A stretch of DNA of 64,000 nt from Ptychomitrium polyphyllum (GCA_973851085.1 OZ316775.1:12648001-12712000); one strand, 5' to 3'; positions 49,650 to 60,759 are shown, counted from the stretch's first letter. The notes: generated from the sequence alone by a model not told the origin. A program made the numbers and translations.

Positions 49650-50408
49650 TGTTGATGTGTTATGGTGGAAAATTTCTTAATATAATATGATAGTATAAGT
49701 GTTAGGGTTGTAACTACCAAATATGGAGAATACTTGTAAATGAAAATTCACAAGGTAAGAAGAAATGTAATAAGACTATCTATAAACTAATAAATAGAAA
49801 TTAAGCACAACACAACTAATTTGCTAGAAAAAACACTTTGATTTTCTTGAAAGGAAATTTAATCAAAGAAAAATACACCAAACTCTCAAGTTTCTTGGTT
49901 GAAGGTTTAAATACTAAATTTTTAGATTCTATAATACTAAATCTACATCCATTGTTTAAACTAATAGATAATAGAGTAACAGCTATTTTCTAGTAGCACT
50001 TTTAAGAAGAGATTATTAGTACCAAAAATAAAAGTTTGGTAGTATTGGTGAAAAATTTTTGATAGTGCCAAATAATAGACTTGATAGGCAAGTAACATTA
50101 TCTTCCTTTTTAACTATCTATATTCTTAGAAACTCTAATAAAAATTGACTTTCCTTACATTTGCTAAAGCATTGAGCAGCGATATGTAGAAAGAGTTGAT
50201 GTGGAAATCAAATAAGCCAATGAAGGAATTGTGGAAGTTTGGAAGGTGAGAAGAGAATGTGGGTCCTACTTTATAGGAGGTATAAAAACCTATATACGCT
50301 AAATAAAGAAAGAAAGAAAGAAAATTCTCAATAATTTATATTGGCTCACAAGTTGAAGAAAGAAAAGGCTAAGTAGTGCAAGGCCTATTAATAGTGAGGT
50401 TGTCAACA
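49650..50408 (-). mobile_element. Probable old LTR (~760 bp) at the edge of the Copia cluster
   Basis: Perfect TGTTGA...TCAACA terminal inverted repeat, abrupt AT-rich shift, and a TATA-like CTATAAAG followed by a pyrimidine tract on the minus strand. No matching TSD and no partner LTR in the window. Confidence 0.45.
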
Positions 50409-51326
50409 TATTCTTTGTTAAAATTAGAAATTCCACTCCCTTATGGAGTACTTCTTATAATTGTTGGAGAATAGAGCATTAAATTGCTCGTAGTCTTAGA
50501 GTTAGTATGGGATAGAGTTAATAAGTTGAAATGAAGAACATTAGAATGAACCCATATTGTTTGGAGTGGGTCGAAGATTTATCCCATATTGATTGAAAGA
50601 CTGATGTGGTTTGAAGAGAATAAAGGGCAGAGCAAGGAATGGGATGATTACTCTCATTCCAAGCATTGTTCGCATACTTTGTGTATTTCATTAGGTTATG
50701 GACCCACACATGCTTGTTGTGTGAGTTGAGATTTGATTGCGTTAGTGTTTGGTAGAGCATCTTGAGAGTCTTTTGTTGCATGTGCATTTGTGCAATTTTG
50801 GTGCCTTTGAGCATTTGGAGAGCCACAAGGGCTGATTTGGAGGTGCTTGGAGGCGTTACAAGTTTTGGTGGTGCACAAGTTCCCATTTGGAGGCGTTTGG
50901 AGAAGTTTAGAGCAGTGGAAGTATCGTTATAGGCTTGTAAGCTTTGCATTTAGTATTTGAGTTTCATGTGAGGTGCGTTTGTGCACAATTGATGCTTGTT
51001 AGTATTTGAAGCTTGTGCTTTGAGAGCTTGAGTGCTTTGGATGCGTATGTGAAGCCATTGAAGGCTGATTGGTGTGTTTGAGGTGCATAAGTGCACATTT
51101 GAGTGTTAGTGCGTGTATAGGGCATTTGTCCATTGTTGGAAGCACTTGAGGGCCGATTTGAGTGGAGAGGGTGCAAAAGTGCACATTTCAAGCCCAATTG
51201 AGTGGTGAGGAAGCATTTGAGGTTGATTGAGCGTTGGTAGGGCTCATTTGGCGTTGATAGGAGTAAATAAGTGCACATTTGGGCCTAAAAGGACCGTTTT
51301 GAGGTGATTGAGTGTACTTGTGCACA

Positions 51327-53577
51327 ATGGCATCCTTGGAGGGTGAGAGTGCTCGAGTGGTTGACAAGTTCAATGGCGAGAACTTTAATCTTTGGAAGTT
51401 CAAAATGGAGATGGTGTTGGATTCCATGGACCTTTGGGAGATTGTGGAGGACACTGAGGAGGCTCCACCTTCTAATGCCGACCCCAAGACCATCAAGGAG
51501 TACAAAAAGCGTGTGAAGAAGGCCATGTTAGTCATTGGACTCAACTTGGTGGATAGCCAACTTGCCCACATCAAGAGTTGCAAAGGACCCGCGCAAGCAT
51601 GGAACACCCTTTGCAACATCCACGAGACTAGGAGCTTGTCCAACATCCTCTTCATAAGGCGAAGGTTCCTCACGTGCAAGATGTTGGAGAGTGATGACTT
51701 GTTAGACCATATTAACAAGGTCAAGGCTTTGGCCGACCAATTAGCTTGCTTGGATTCGCCCATGAGGGATGAGGATATTGTCATGACTTTGCTTGATAGT
51801 TTGCCCCCTTTGTATGAGTTCTTGATCATCGCATTGGAAACAATACCTATGAAGGAACTCACTTTGGAGGTGGTAACGGCAAGATTGATGCATGAGTTCA
51901 CCAAGAGGAAGGAGAAGGCACTCAAGGTGATGATGCGGCAATGGTATCACGTCAAGGCAAGGGAGGCAATGCATCTTTCACCAAGGATACAAGGACATGC
52001 TACCATTGTGGCAAAGCCGGTCACATTGCAAGGTTTTGTTTCAAGGCCAAGAACAAGGAGAAGGAGAGTGCTCACATTGTTGATGACTGCGCATTTGTAA
52101 CTCATGTTGGTGATCCATTCAAAGGCCTCTGCAAGTGGATCATGGATTTGGGAGCCACCAAGCACGTGACTCCTCACAAGGAGGCATTCCACAGCTATGA
52201 GGTAAGCTCTTCACAAAATGTACACATGGGAGATGATAGCATCGTAGAAGCCATTGGCGTGGGTTCTATTGTTGTAGAGACCATGGTGAGAGGGCAATCA
52301 AAGCGCATTCGCATCCATGATGCCCTCCATGTGCCTATGTTGAAAGCAAACTTGCTTTCGGTGAGCAAGTTAGTGTCGAGTGGGTTGAAGGTGAACTTCA
52401 ACAAGGATGGATGCATTGTGCATGCACCAAATGGCGAGGTGGTTGCAAGAGCACCACGTGAAGGCAACTTGTACCAAATAAGCTTCACGAGGGTGCACGT
52501 GGCGCAAGAGGCGAGTGTTGCACATGCATCGTGGAAACAAAGCACATTGGAGTTGTGGCATCGCCGCCTTGGCCATTTGAACGTGAAGGGAGTTTGCGTG
52601 TTCCAAAGCATGGTAAGAGGCATGGACCTTGGCAAATCTCAATGTGGTACATTGCCATTAGCGTGTGAGGGATGTATTGAGGGCAAGCAACATAGGGCGG
52701 CCTTCCGAAGTGATGGGGGCAAGCGTGCCACCAAACTCCTAGAGATAGTGCATTCCAATGTATGTGGTCCGATGAGAACCACTTCCATAGGTGGCGCAAA
52801 GTACTTTGTAACGTTCATAGATGACTTCTCTCGAAAGGTGTGGGTGTACATCTTGAGATCCAAGGGAGAGTGTTTTGAGAGGTTTAGGGAGTACAAGGCA
52901 CTTGTAGAAACACAATCGGAGCACAAGATCAAGGTCTTGCGATCGGACAATGGCGGGGAATACATGTCCAAGGCATTTCTAGCCTTCTTGAAGGCACATG
53001 GCATTGAGAAGCAAACATCCACGCCCTACACACCACAATAAAATGGAGTGGCCGAGCGTGCAAACCGCACCATTGTGGAGATGGCAAGGAGCATGATTCA
53101 TGCTCAACACATGAAGCTCGAGTTTTGGGCGGAAGCGGTGGTGCATGTGGTGTACGTGCGCAACGTGTGCCCAACAAGGGCCTTGCCCTCCATGACACCA
53201 GAAGAAGCGTGGAGAGGAAGGAAGCCATGCATCTCAAACCTGCGTGTGTTTGGATGCGTTGCATATGCCATGGTAGCAGATGAGAAGAGGGGCAAGCTCA
53301 ACTGCAAAGGTACAAAGTGCGTGTTTCTTGGATATAGTGTTGGCATCAAAGAGTACAGGCTCATGGATGTTGCAACCAAGAAGATCATCAAGAGCCGTGA
53401 TGTTGAGTTCTTGGAGCACAAGAGTGCTTGTGAGCACTTGGAGATGTGTCCAAGTGGGAGTAATGGTGTGATCGTGGACACATCCTCCATTTTAGGAAAG
53501 GATGAAGGTGGAGTCATGGATCCAAGGGAGGAATGGAGGGAGGACGAGGAAGAGGCGTCCCGCACCCTTAGAAGCAG
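51327..53577 (+). pseudogene. C1 gag-protease-integrase (5' part of the polyprotein)
   Basis: ORFs 51312-52100, 51941-53041 and 53048-53644: KFNGENFNLWKFKM, CYHCGKAGHIARFC, WIMDLGAT, WHRRLGH...CEGC, RSDNGGEY. Confidence 0.92.
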
Positions 53578-54005
53578 TGTTGCAAAGTGTGAAACATATA
53601 AAGTAATCCTAGTTGAAGTATCCTTGTGTAGACTTAGAGCATGATATGTTGCTAATGGTCAAAGGAGTGTGAGGAACGAGGCTATAGGGGATATGGAGGC
53701 TAGGGTTAAGAAAAGGCAACAAGGGTTTTGTATGGCGGCTAAGGTTAGGGCGGCCATTAGGGTTAGGGCGGCCGTTAGGGTTAGGGTGGCGGCTACGGCG
53801 GCTAGGGTTAGGGTTAGCCGCCACATGTCACTCATATAGTAGAGGCAAATGCATGGCCGCCAAGTGGCACATTTTGGTGGATGACTCTCAAGTATAAGTA
53901 AAGGGGTTTTGGAAGTGGGAGTCATCTTGCTCCACACTTCTCTTGTTGCAACTTTGCTCTCTCTCTTCTTGCTTGTTGTACTAGCTTTGTTGCATTTCTT
54001 CAATA
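53578..54005 (+). repeat. 5' LTR of C2
   Basis: TGTTG...TCAATA; contains the TTAGGG-rich cassette 53733-53823. Confidence 0.96.
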
Positions 54006-54019
54006 GGTTATGGGCCCAC
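54006..54019 (+). promoter_or_regulatory. Primer-binding site complementary to the anticodon arm of initiator tRNA-Met (half-tRNA priming)
   Basis: GGTTATGGGCCCAC is the reverse complement of GUGGGCCCAUAACC in plant tRNAiMet. Same PBS type as Drosophila copia, Ty5 and Osser. Confidence 0.88.
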
Positions 54020-54453
54020 ACACTCTTAGTTGTGCCTTTTGAAGTAGCTTGAAGTGTTTTGTAGTTGTTGTTCTTGTGTGGAGCAAGATCACTTCATAGT
54101 TATTGAAGATAGAGTTAGAAACGCCTAACTTTGAGGTTTTGCACATGTAGGTGCTTGGTTTGATGTTTCTTAAGCTCTTGGGGTTGTGGTTGTTGAAACT
54201 CCTTGGATAGTGAGTTGTTTTGAGTGGTGATAAGACCTTGATAGTGTCTTTGTTGGATTCAAGCTTCCTAACACCATTTTGTTGTGCTTGGTGTTGTTAT
54301 CTTGTGAGATCATTGATATGTGTGCTCATTGAGTGGACATAGTGAGTTGAAAGGTTTTTCTTGGGACTCATAGTTGTGAAGACTTGTGAGAAGCATAGGA
54401 GTCAAGGAAATAGTTCGTTTGAAGGTTTGTTTTGTTACCTCTCTTCTTAAGCC

Positions 54454-57400
54454 ATGGCTTCGAGTGAAGGTGAAGGTCTTAGGGTCATTCAAAAGTTTCA
54501 TGGTGATAACTTCTACCAATGGAAGGTTAGGATGGAGCTCTCGTTGGCTTCTATGGACCTTTGGGACATCATAGATGAGAGTGAGGTTGCTCCACCATTG
54601 TCGGCAGATGCAAAGGAGAGGAAGGAGTTCCAGCGTCGTGAGAAGAAGGCTTTTGGCATCCTTGCCACCAACCTTGATGATGCCAACTTCGCCCATATCA
54701 TCTCTTGCACTGGACCAGCAGAAGCGTGGAAGACGCTTTGCAACATCTATGAGAGCAAGAACCTCTCCAACATCATCTTCACAAAGAGGAAGCTCTTGAA
54801 CTGCAAGATGGAAGAAGGCCACGACCTCATGGCGCATGTTAACAAGTTGAAGGCCCTTGCAAGGCAAGTTGCCATTGTGGACAAGCCATTGGACGAGTCG
54901 GATGTTGTGATTACATTGCTCATGAGCTTGCCGGAGTCCTATAGCTATCTCATAGTGGCCTTGGAGTCCATTCCCATCAAGGACCTCACCATGGACTATG
55001 TGACGGCGAGATTGAGCCACGAGGACACCAAGAGGAAGGAGAAGGCGAATTCAAGTGAGGACTCCGCCCTCTTCTCGAGGCAAGGCAAGGCCACCTATTC
55101 TAATCAACGTCCAAATCTTCGAACGTGCTTTGTGTGTGGAAAACCAGGTCATTTTGCTCGAAATTGCTTCAAGGCCAAGAAAGGAGAGAGGGAGGATGCC
55201 AACCATGTGATGGACCACCTTGGAGGTGGTGATTGTGCCTTCATGGCAAGCGAGGGGGCGCCTATGGCGGCCCTATCCAAGTGGATAGTTGATTCGGGCG
55301 CCACAAAGCACATGACTCCTTACAAGTGCTCATTCCATACTTATGAGGCAATTGCAGCCACTAGTGTGCTCATGGGTGACAATGGCGTGGTGGAGGCCAT
55401 TGGAATGGGTTCCATTGTGGTGGAGGTTGTTGTGGGAGGCAAGACCAAGAGGATCACCTTCAAGGACGTGCTGCATGTGCCAAAGATGAAGTCCAACCTC
55501 CTTTCGGTGAGCAAACTTGTGATGGGAGGGTTTGTGGCTCATTTCAATGTGAATGGATGTATTGTGAAGTCATTGAGTGGAGATGTGGTTGCCACGGGGT
55601 TGAGGGATGGCAACTTGTACTTCATCAAGTGTAAGAAGGTGAATGGAGTGGAGGTGGCGGCCTTTGCTGAGTTCATTGAAGACCAAGACAAGTTTGGCAT
55701 ATGGCATGGGCGCCTTGGGCACCTCAATGTGAAGGCCATGAAGGAGCTCCAAGGCATGGTAAGCGGCTTGGATATCGGTACAACATGCCACAAGGCCAAG
55801 GAACTTGCTTGTGAGGCTTGCATCCAAGGCAAGCAGCAAAGGGCGTCGTTTCCAAGTGGAGTGGCAAGTCGTGCAAGCAAATTGTTGGAGATTGTGCATT
55901 CCGACGTGTGCGGGCCTATGAGGACTCCATCCATCGGGGGAGCAAGGTACTTCCTCACCTTCATTGATGATTATTCGAGGAAAGTATGGGTGTTCATCCT
56001 CAAGGCCAAGAGCGAATGCTTCGCAAGATTCAAGGAGTTCAAGGCGCTCGTGGAGAAGCAATGTGAGTCCAAGATCAAGGTGTTGCGTTCGGATAATGGT
56101 GGTGAGTTCTTATCCAAATGTTTTGATGACTTGTTGAGGAGTGAAGGCATTGCAAGGCAAACCTCCACTCCATACACTCCACAACAAAATGGAGTTGCTG
56201 AGAGGGCAAATCGCACCATTGTGGAGATGGCGAGGAGCATGCTTCATGCCCAACATCTTGGACATGAGTTGTGGGCGGAAGCGGTGGTGAATGCGGTGTA
56301 CACAAGAAATAGGTGCCCCACAAGTGCCCTTGCATCCATGACCCCTGAAGAAGCTTGGAGTGGTAAGAAGCCTTGTGTTTCACACATGAGGACCTTCGGA
56401 TGCCTTGCATATGCAAAGGTTCAAGATTGCATGAGGTCCAAGCTTGATGCAAAGGGTACAAAGTGTGTGTTCTTTGGTTATTGTGAGGGCAGCAAAGCAT
56501 ATAGGTTGATGTGTGTGGAGAGCAAGAAGATCATCAAGAGTCGTGATGTTGAGTTCTTGGAGCACAAGAGTGCTTGTGAGCACTTGGAGATGTGTCCAAG
56601 TGGGAGTAATGGTGTGATTGTGGACACATCCTCAACAACCAAGGAAGAAGGTGGAGATGTGGATGGAGGTGAAGGAACAATGGAGGGGGAGAGCAAGGCG
56701 ACTTCCACCCTTAAGACCAGCAGAGGAGCCTCACAAGATGATGGTGAGCATCTTCATCCAAGTGAGGAGGATAAAGCTCTAAGTGAAGGAGAAGGGAATG
56801 CATTACAAGAAGAGAGGCCTGCAATGAGTGGAAGGAGGTATCCCATGAGGGAGAGGAGGCCACTTGGTGAATGGTGGAAGAACCACATCTTTCCAAAAGT
56901 GAGTGCAGAACATGCCAATGTTGCCCTCCTCGTTGATCCTTTAACTATGTGCCATGCCTTGAAGTCCACGGATGCAATGAAGTGGGAGAAGGCCATGGAA
57001 GAGGAGTACAAGTCGCTGATGGACAATGGCACATGGCACTTGACTCAACTTCCTCCAAATCGTTCTTGCATAGGTTGCAAGTGGGTGTTTAGAAGCAAGA
57101 GGGATGCTTCGGGTGCAATTGTGAGGCACAAGGTAAGGCTAGTTGCCAAAGGATACTCACAAGTTGCTGGTGTGGACTTCAATGAGACCTTTGCACCTGT
57201 GGCCAAGTTCACCACCATTAGGACCATCTTGGCCATAGCTGCGGCAATGGACTTGGAGGTGCACCAGATGGATGTGAAGACGGCCTTTCTAAATGGAGAG
57301 TTGGAAGAAGACATCTACATGGAGCAACCTCCAGGGTTTGTACATGAAGGCTTGGAACACCTTGTTTGCAAGTTGAAGAAGGCCTTGTACGGGCTTAAGC

Positions 57401-58494
57401 AATCGCCAAGGGCATGGTACCAACGCATTGATGCATTCTTTAGGAAGGAAGGGTTTGTGAGAAGTGAGGCGGATCATTCCTTGTATGTGATGCAGACCAT
57501 GGAATTCTTGTTGATTGTGATTCTCTATGTGGATGACTTGATCATGTTGGCCAACCTTTCGGAGAAGCTAGAGTGGTTGAAGGGTAAATTAGAGCAGGAG
57601 TTTGAGATGAGTGATTTGGGCGAGTTACACTATTGTCTTGGAGTGGAATTTGTGAGGGATCGTGCAAAGAGGACCATCACCATGAGCCAGAAGAAGTACA
57701 TGGAAGAGGTGTTGAAGCGATTCAACATGGAAGACTGCAAGCCAGTGGGAACGCCTTTGGAGGCAAACTTGAGGTTGATGAAGCTAAGTGATGAGGAGTA
57801 TGCTCAAGTGGAGGGCGAAATGCAAGGCGTTCCATACAAGGCCGGAGTGGGGTGCCTCATGTATGCCATGGTGGGCACAAGGTTTGATCTTGCGTTTTCG
57901 GTGAGTGTTGTGAGCCAACACATGTCCAAGGCCGGCCCCATGCACTGGGCAACCATCAAGAGGATCATGAGGTACTTGAAGGGCACCTTGGACTTTGTGT
58001 TGTGTCTGGGAGGTGATAACATTGAGTTGCAGGGATTTTGTGATGCGGATTGGGCTGGAGATGCAAATGATAGGCGCTCCACAACGGGGTATGTGTTCTT
58101 TGTTGGAGTGGGAGCCATCTCTTGGAACTGCAAGAGGCAACCCACAATTGCAAGGTCAACCATGGAGGCGGAGTACATGGCGGCAAGTCATGGTGCAATG
58201 GAAGCAATGTGGCTGAGGCAACTCTTGGAGGACATTGGACTTGTACAACTGGGTGCAACGCCCATCATGTGTGACAATCAAGGATGTCTTGCCTTTGCCA
58301 AGAATCCCAAGCATCACTCACGAACAAAGCACATTGACATCCAACATCACTTCATAAGAGAGAAGATTGAAGATGGAGTGATAGATATGAGGTATTGTGC
58401 AACAGAGGGCATGCTTGCTGATTTGTTGACAAAAGCATTGGTAAGAGATAGACACCAGTTGTTGACGAGGTCAATTGGATTAAAGGCCCTTTGA
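54454..58494 (+). CDS. Copia Gag-Pol polyprotein (Gag-PR-IN-RT-RNase H), 1346 aa, intact
   Basis: CFVCGKPGHFARNC knuckle; WIVDSGAT protease; HHCC plus D-D-E integrase (HSDVCG, RSDNGGEF, NGVAER); QMDVKTAFL and LYVDD in RT; CDADW, EAEY, CDNQ and LADLLTK in RNase H. Confidence 0.97.
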   Translation: MASSEGEGLRVIQKFHGDNFYQWKVRMELSLASMDLWDIIDESEVAPPLSADAKERKEFQRREKKAFGILATNLDDANFAHIISCTGPAEAWKTLCNIYESKNLSNIIFTKRKLLNCKMEEGHDLMAHVNKLKALARQVAIVDKPLDESDVVITLLMSLPESYSYLIVALESIPIKDLTMDYVTARLSHEDTKRKEKANSSEDSALFSRQGKATYSNQRPNLRTCFVCGKPGHFARNCFKAKKGEREDANHVMDHLGGGDCAFMASEGAPMAALSKWIVDSGATKHMTPYKCSFHTYEAIAATSVLMGDNGVVEAIGMGSIVVEVVVGGKTKRITFKDVLHVPKMKSNLLSVSKLVMGGFVAHFNVNGCIVKSLSGDVVATGLRDGNLYFIKCKKVNGVEVAAFAEFIEDQDKFGIWHGRLGHLNVKAMKELQGMVSGLDIGTTCHKAKELACEACIQGKQQRASFPSGVASRASKLLEIVHSDVCGPMRTPSIGGARYFLTFIDDYSRKVWVFILKAKSECFARFKEFKALVEKQCESKIKVLRSDNGGEFLSKCFDDLLRSEGIARQTSTPYTPQQNGVAERANRTIVEMARSMLHAQHLGHELWAEAVVNAVYTRNRCPTSALASMTPEEAWSGKKPCVSHMRTFGCLAYAKVQDCMRSKLDAKGTKCVFFGYCEGSKAYRLMCVESKKIIKSRDVEFLEHKSACEHLEMCPSGSNGVIVDTSSTTKEEGGDVDGGEGTMEGESKATSTLKTSRGASQDDGEHLHPSEEDKALSEGEGNALQEERPAMSGRRYPMRERRPLGEWWKNHIFPKVSAEHANVALLVDPLTMCHALKSTDAMKWEKAMEEEYKSLMDNGTWHLTQLPPNRSCIGCKWVFRSKRDASGAIVRHKVRLVAKGYSQVAGVDFNETFAPVAKFTTIRTILAIAAAMDLEVHQMDVKTAFLNGELEEDIYMEQPPGFVHEGLEHLVCKLKKALYGLKQSPRAWYQRIDAFFRKEGFVRSEADHSLYVMQTMEFLLIVILYVDDLIMLANLSEKLEWLKGKLEQEFEMSDLGELHYCLGVEFVRDRAKRTITMSQKKYMEEVLKRFNMEDCKPVGTPLEANLRLMKLSDEEYAQVEGEMQGVPYKAGVGCLMYAMVGTRFDLAFSVSVVSQHMSKAGPMHWATIKRIMRYLKGTLDFVLCLGGDNIELQGFCDADWAGDANDRRSTTGYVFFVGVGAISWNCKRQPTIARSTMEAEYMAASHGAMEAMWLRQLLEDIGLVQLGATPIMCDNQGCLAFAKNPKHHSRTKHIDIQHHFIREKIEDGVIDMRYCATEGMLADLLTKALVRDRHQLLTRSIGLKAL

Positions 58495-58512
58495 CCAGTA
58501 GCAAAGTGGGAG

Positions 58513-58940
58513 TGTTGCAAAGTGTGAAACATATAAAGTAATCCTAGTTGAAGTATCCTTGTGTAGACTTAGAGCATGATATGTTGCTAATGGTCAAAGG
58601 AGTGTGAGGAACGAGGCTATAGGGGATATGGAGGCTAGGGTTAAGAAAAGGCAACAAGGGTTTTGTATGGCGGCTAAGGTTAGGGCGGCCATTAGGGTTA
58701 GGGCGGCCGTTAGGGTTAGGGTGGCGGGTACGGCGGCTAGGGTTAGGGTTAGCCGCCACATGTCACTCATATAGTAGAGGCAAATGCATGGCCGCCAAGT
58801 GGCACATTTTGGTGGATGACTCTCAAGTATAAGTAAAGGGGTTTTGGAAGTGGGAGTCATCTTGCTCCACACTTCTCTTGTTGCAACTTTGCTCTCTCTC
58901 TTCTTGCTTGTTGTACTAGCTTTGTTGCATTTCTTCAATA
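58513..58940 (+). repeat. 3' LTR of C2
   Basis: Near-identical to 53578-54005. Confidence 0.96.
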
Positions 58941-58945
58941 AGCAG

Positions 58946-60759
58946 CGGAGGAGCTGCACATGATGATGGTGAGCAAATTCCTCCAAGTGAGGAGAGGGAA
59001 CCTTCAAGTGAGAGGGAGGTTGATGGGGATGATGTAGTGCAAGAGGAGAGGCCTAGTATTACTGCGAGGAGGTTCCCTACGAGAGAGAGGAGGCCACTTG
59101 GTGAATGGTGGAAGAACCACATTCTTCCTCAAGTGAATGCAGAACATGACAATGTTGCCCTCCTTCACGATCCATTCACTTTATGTGATGCATTTGAGGT
59201 CCACGGATGCCATGAAGTGGGAGAAGGCCATGGAAGAGGAGTACAAGTCCCTCATGGACAATGGAACATGGGACTTGACTCAACTGCCTCGAGGTCGTTC
59301 GCCCATAGGCTGCAAGTGGGTATTTAGGACCAAGAGGGATGCTTCGGGTGCAATTGTGAGGCACAAGGCAAGGCTAGTTGCCAAAGGCTACTCACAAGTT
59401 GCTGGTGTGGACTTCAACGAGACATTTGCACCCGTGGCCAAGTTCACCACTATAAGGACCATCTTGGCCATAGCGGCGGCAATGGACTTGGAGATCCACC
59501 AAATGGATGTGAAGACGGCCTTCTTGAATGGAGACTTGCAAGAAGACATTTACATGGATCAACCTCCAGGGTTTGTGCATTTAGGCTTGGAGCACTTGGT
59601 GTGCAAGTTGAAGAAAGCCTTGTACGGGCTTAAGCAATCACCAAGGGCATGGTACCAACGCATTGATGCGTTCTTTAGGAAGGAAGGATTTGTGAGGAGT
59701 GAGGCGGACCAGTCCTTGTATGTGATGCAAAGCAAGGACTTCCTGTTGATTGTGATCCTGTATGTGGATGACTTGATTATGTTGGCCAACCTCTTGGAGA
59801 AGCTGCAGTAGTTGAAGGCCAAGTTGGAGAAGGAATTTGAGATGAGCGATTTGGGCGAGCTACACTATTGCCTTGGAGTGGAGTTTGTGAGGGATCGTGC
59901 AAAGAGGACCATCACCATGAGCCAGAGGAAGTACATTGAGGAGGTGTTGAAGCGATTCAACATGGAAGATTGCAAGCGAGTTGGAACGCCCCTTGAGGCC
60001 AACTTGAGGTTGATGAAGCTCACGGATGAGGAGTTTGCACAAGTGGAGGGCCAAATGCAAGGCGTACCATACAAGGCAGGAGTGGGATCGCTTATGTATG
60101 CCATGGTTGGTACAAGGTTTGATCTGGCATTAACGGTGAGTGTTGTGAGCCAACACATGTCCAAGCCCGGCCCCATGCATTAGGCAAGCATCAAGAGGAT
60201 CATGAGCTATTTGAAAGGCACCTTGGACTTTGCGTTGTGCTTAGGAGGTGACAACATAGAGTTGCAGGGGTTTTGCGATGCAGTTTGGGCTGGAGATGCA
60301 AATGACAGGCGTTCCACAACGAGCTATGTGTTCTTTGTGGGAGTGAGAGCCATCTCTTGGAATTGAAAGAGGCAACCTACCATTGCAAGGTCAACTATAG
60401 AGGTGGAAAACATGGCTGCAAGTCATAGTGCAATGGAGGCAATGTGGCTAAGGCAACTTTTGGAGGACATGGGACTTGTGCAAGAGGATGCAACGCCCAT
60501 CATGTGTGATAACCAAGGACGTCTGGCGTTTGCCAAGAATCCCAAGCATCACTCAAGAACAAAGCACATTGACATTCAGCATCACTTCATAAGAGAAAAG
60601 ATGGAGGATGGAGTGATAGATATGAAGTATTGTGCAACGGAGAGAATGCTGGCTGATTTGTTTACAAAAGCATTGGTGAAGGATAGACACCACTTGCTGA
60701 CAAGGTCACTTGGCTTACAAGCCTCGGACTACTTGCAAAGTGGGAGTGTTGGAGAATAG
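58946..60759 (+). pseudogene. C1 RT-RNase H (3' part of the polyprotein)
   Basis: ORFs 59037-59327, 59137-59811, 59812-60183 and 60403-60759; continues the host frame broken at 53577. Confidence 0.92.

Larger units (their letters stand above)
53578..58940 (+). mobile_element. Ty1/Copia element C2, intact and very young (Bryco/Osser-like, half-tRNAiMet PBS)
   Basis: 428-bp LTRs 53578-54005 and 58513-58940 differ at one position by eye. Perfect TSD AGCAG (53573-53577 / 58941-58945). PBS GGTTATGGGCCCAC 54006-54019; PPT AAAGTGGGAG 58503-58512; uninterrupted 1346-aa ORF. Confidence 0.97.

Noticed and set aside
34880..54019. Functional link between the tRNA-modifying TRM82 gene and nearby tRNA-half-primed Copia elements
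   Set aside because: Proximity alone is no evidence in a eukaryotic genome; most likely coincidence.
53609..54021. LTR antisense ORFs with NPNPNGR or LTLTLAA repeats (also 58544-59007 and 63640-63984)
   Set aside because: Translations of the TTAGGG cassette; their recurrence only reflects LTR identity.
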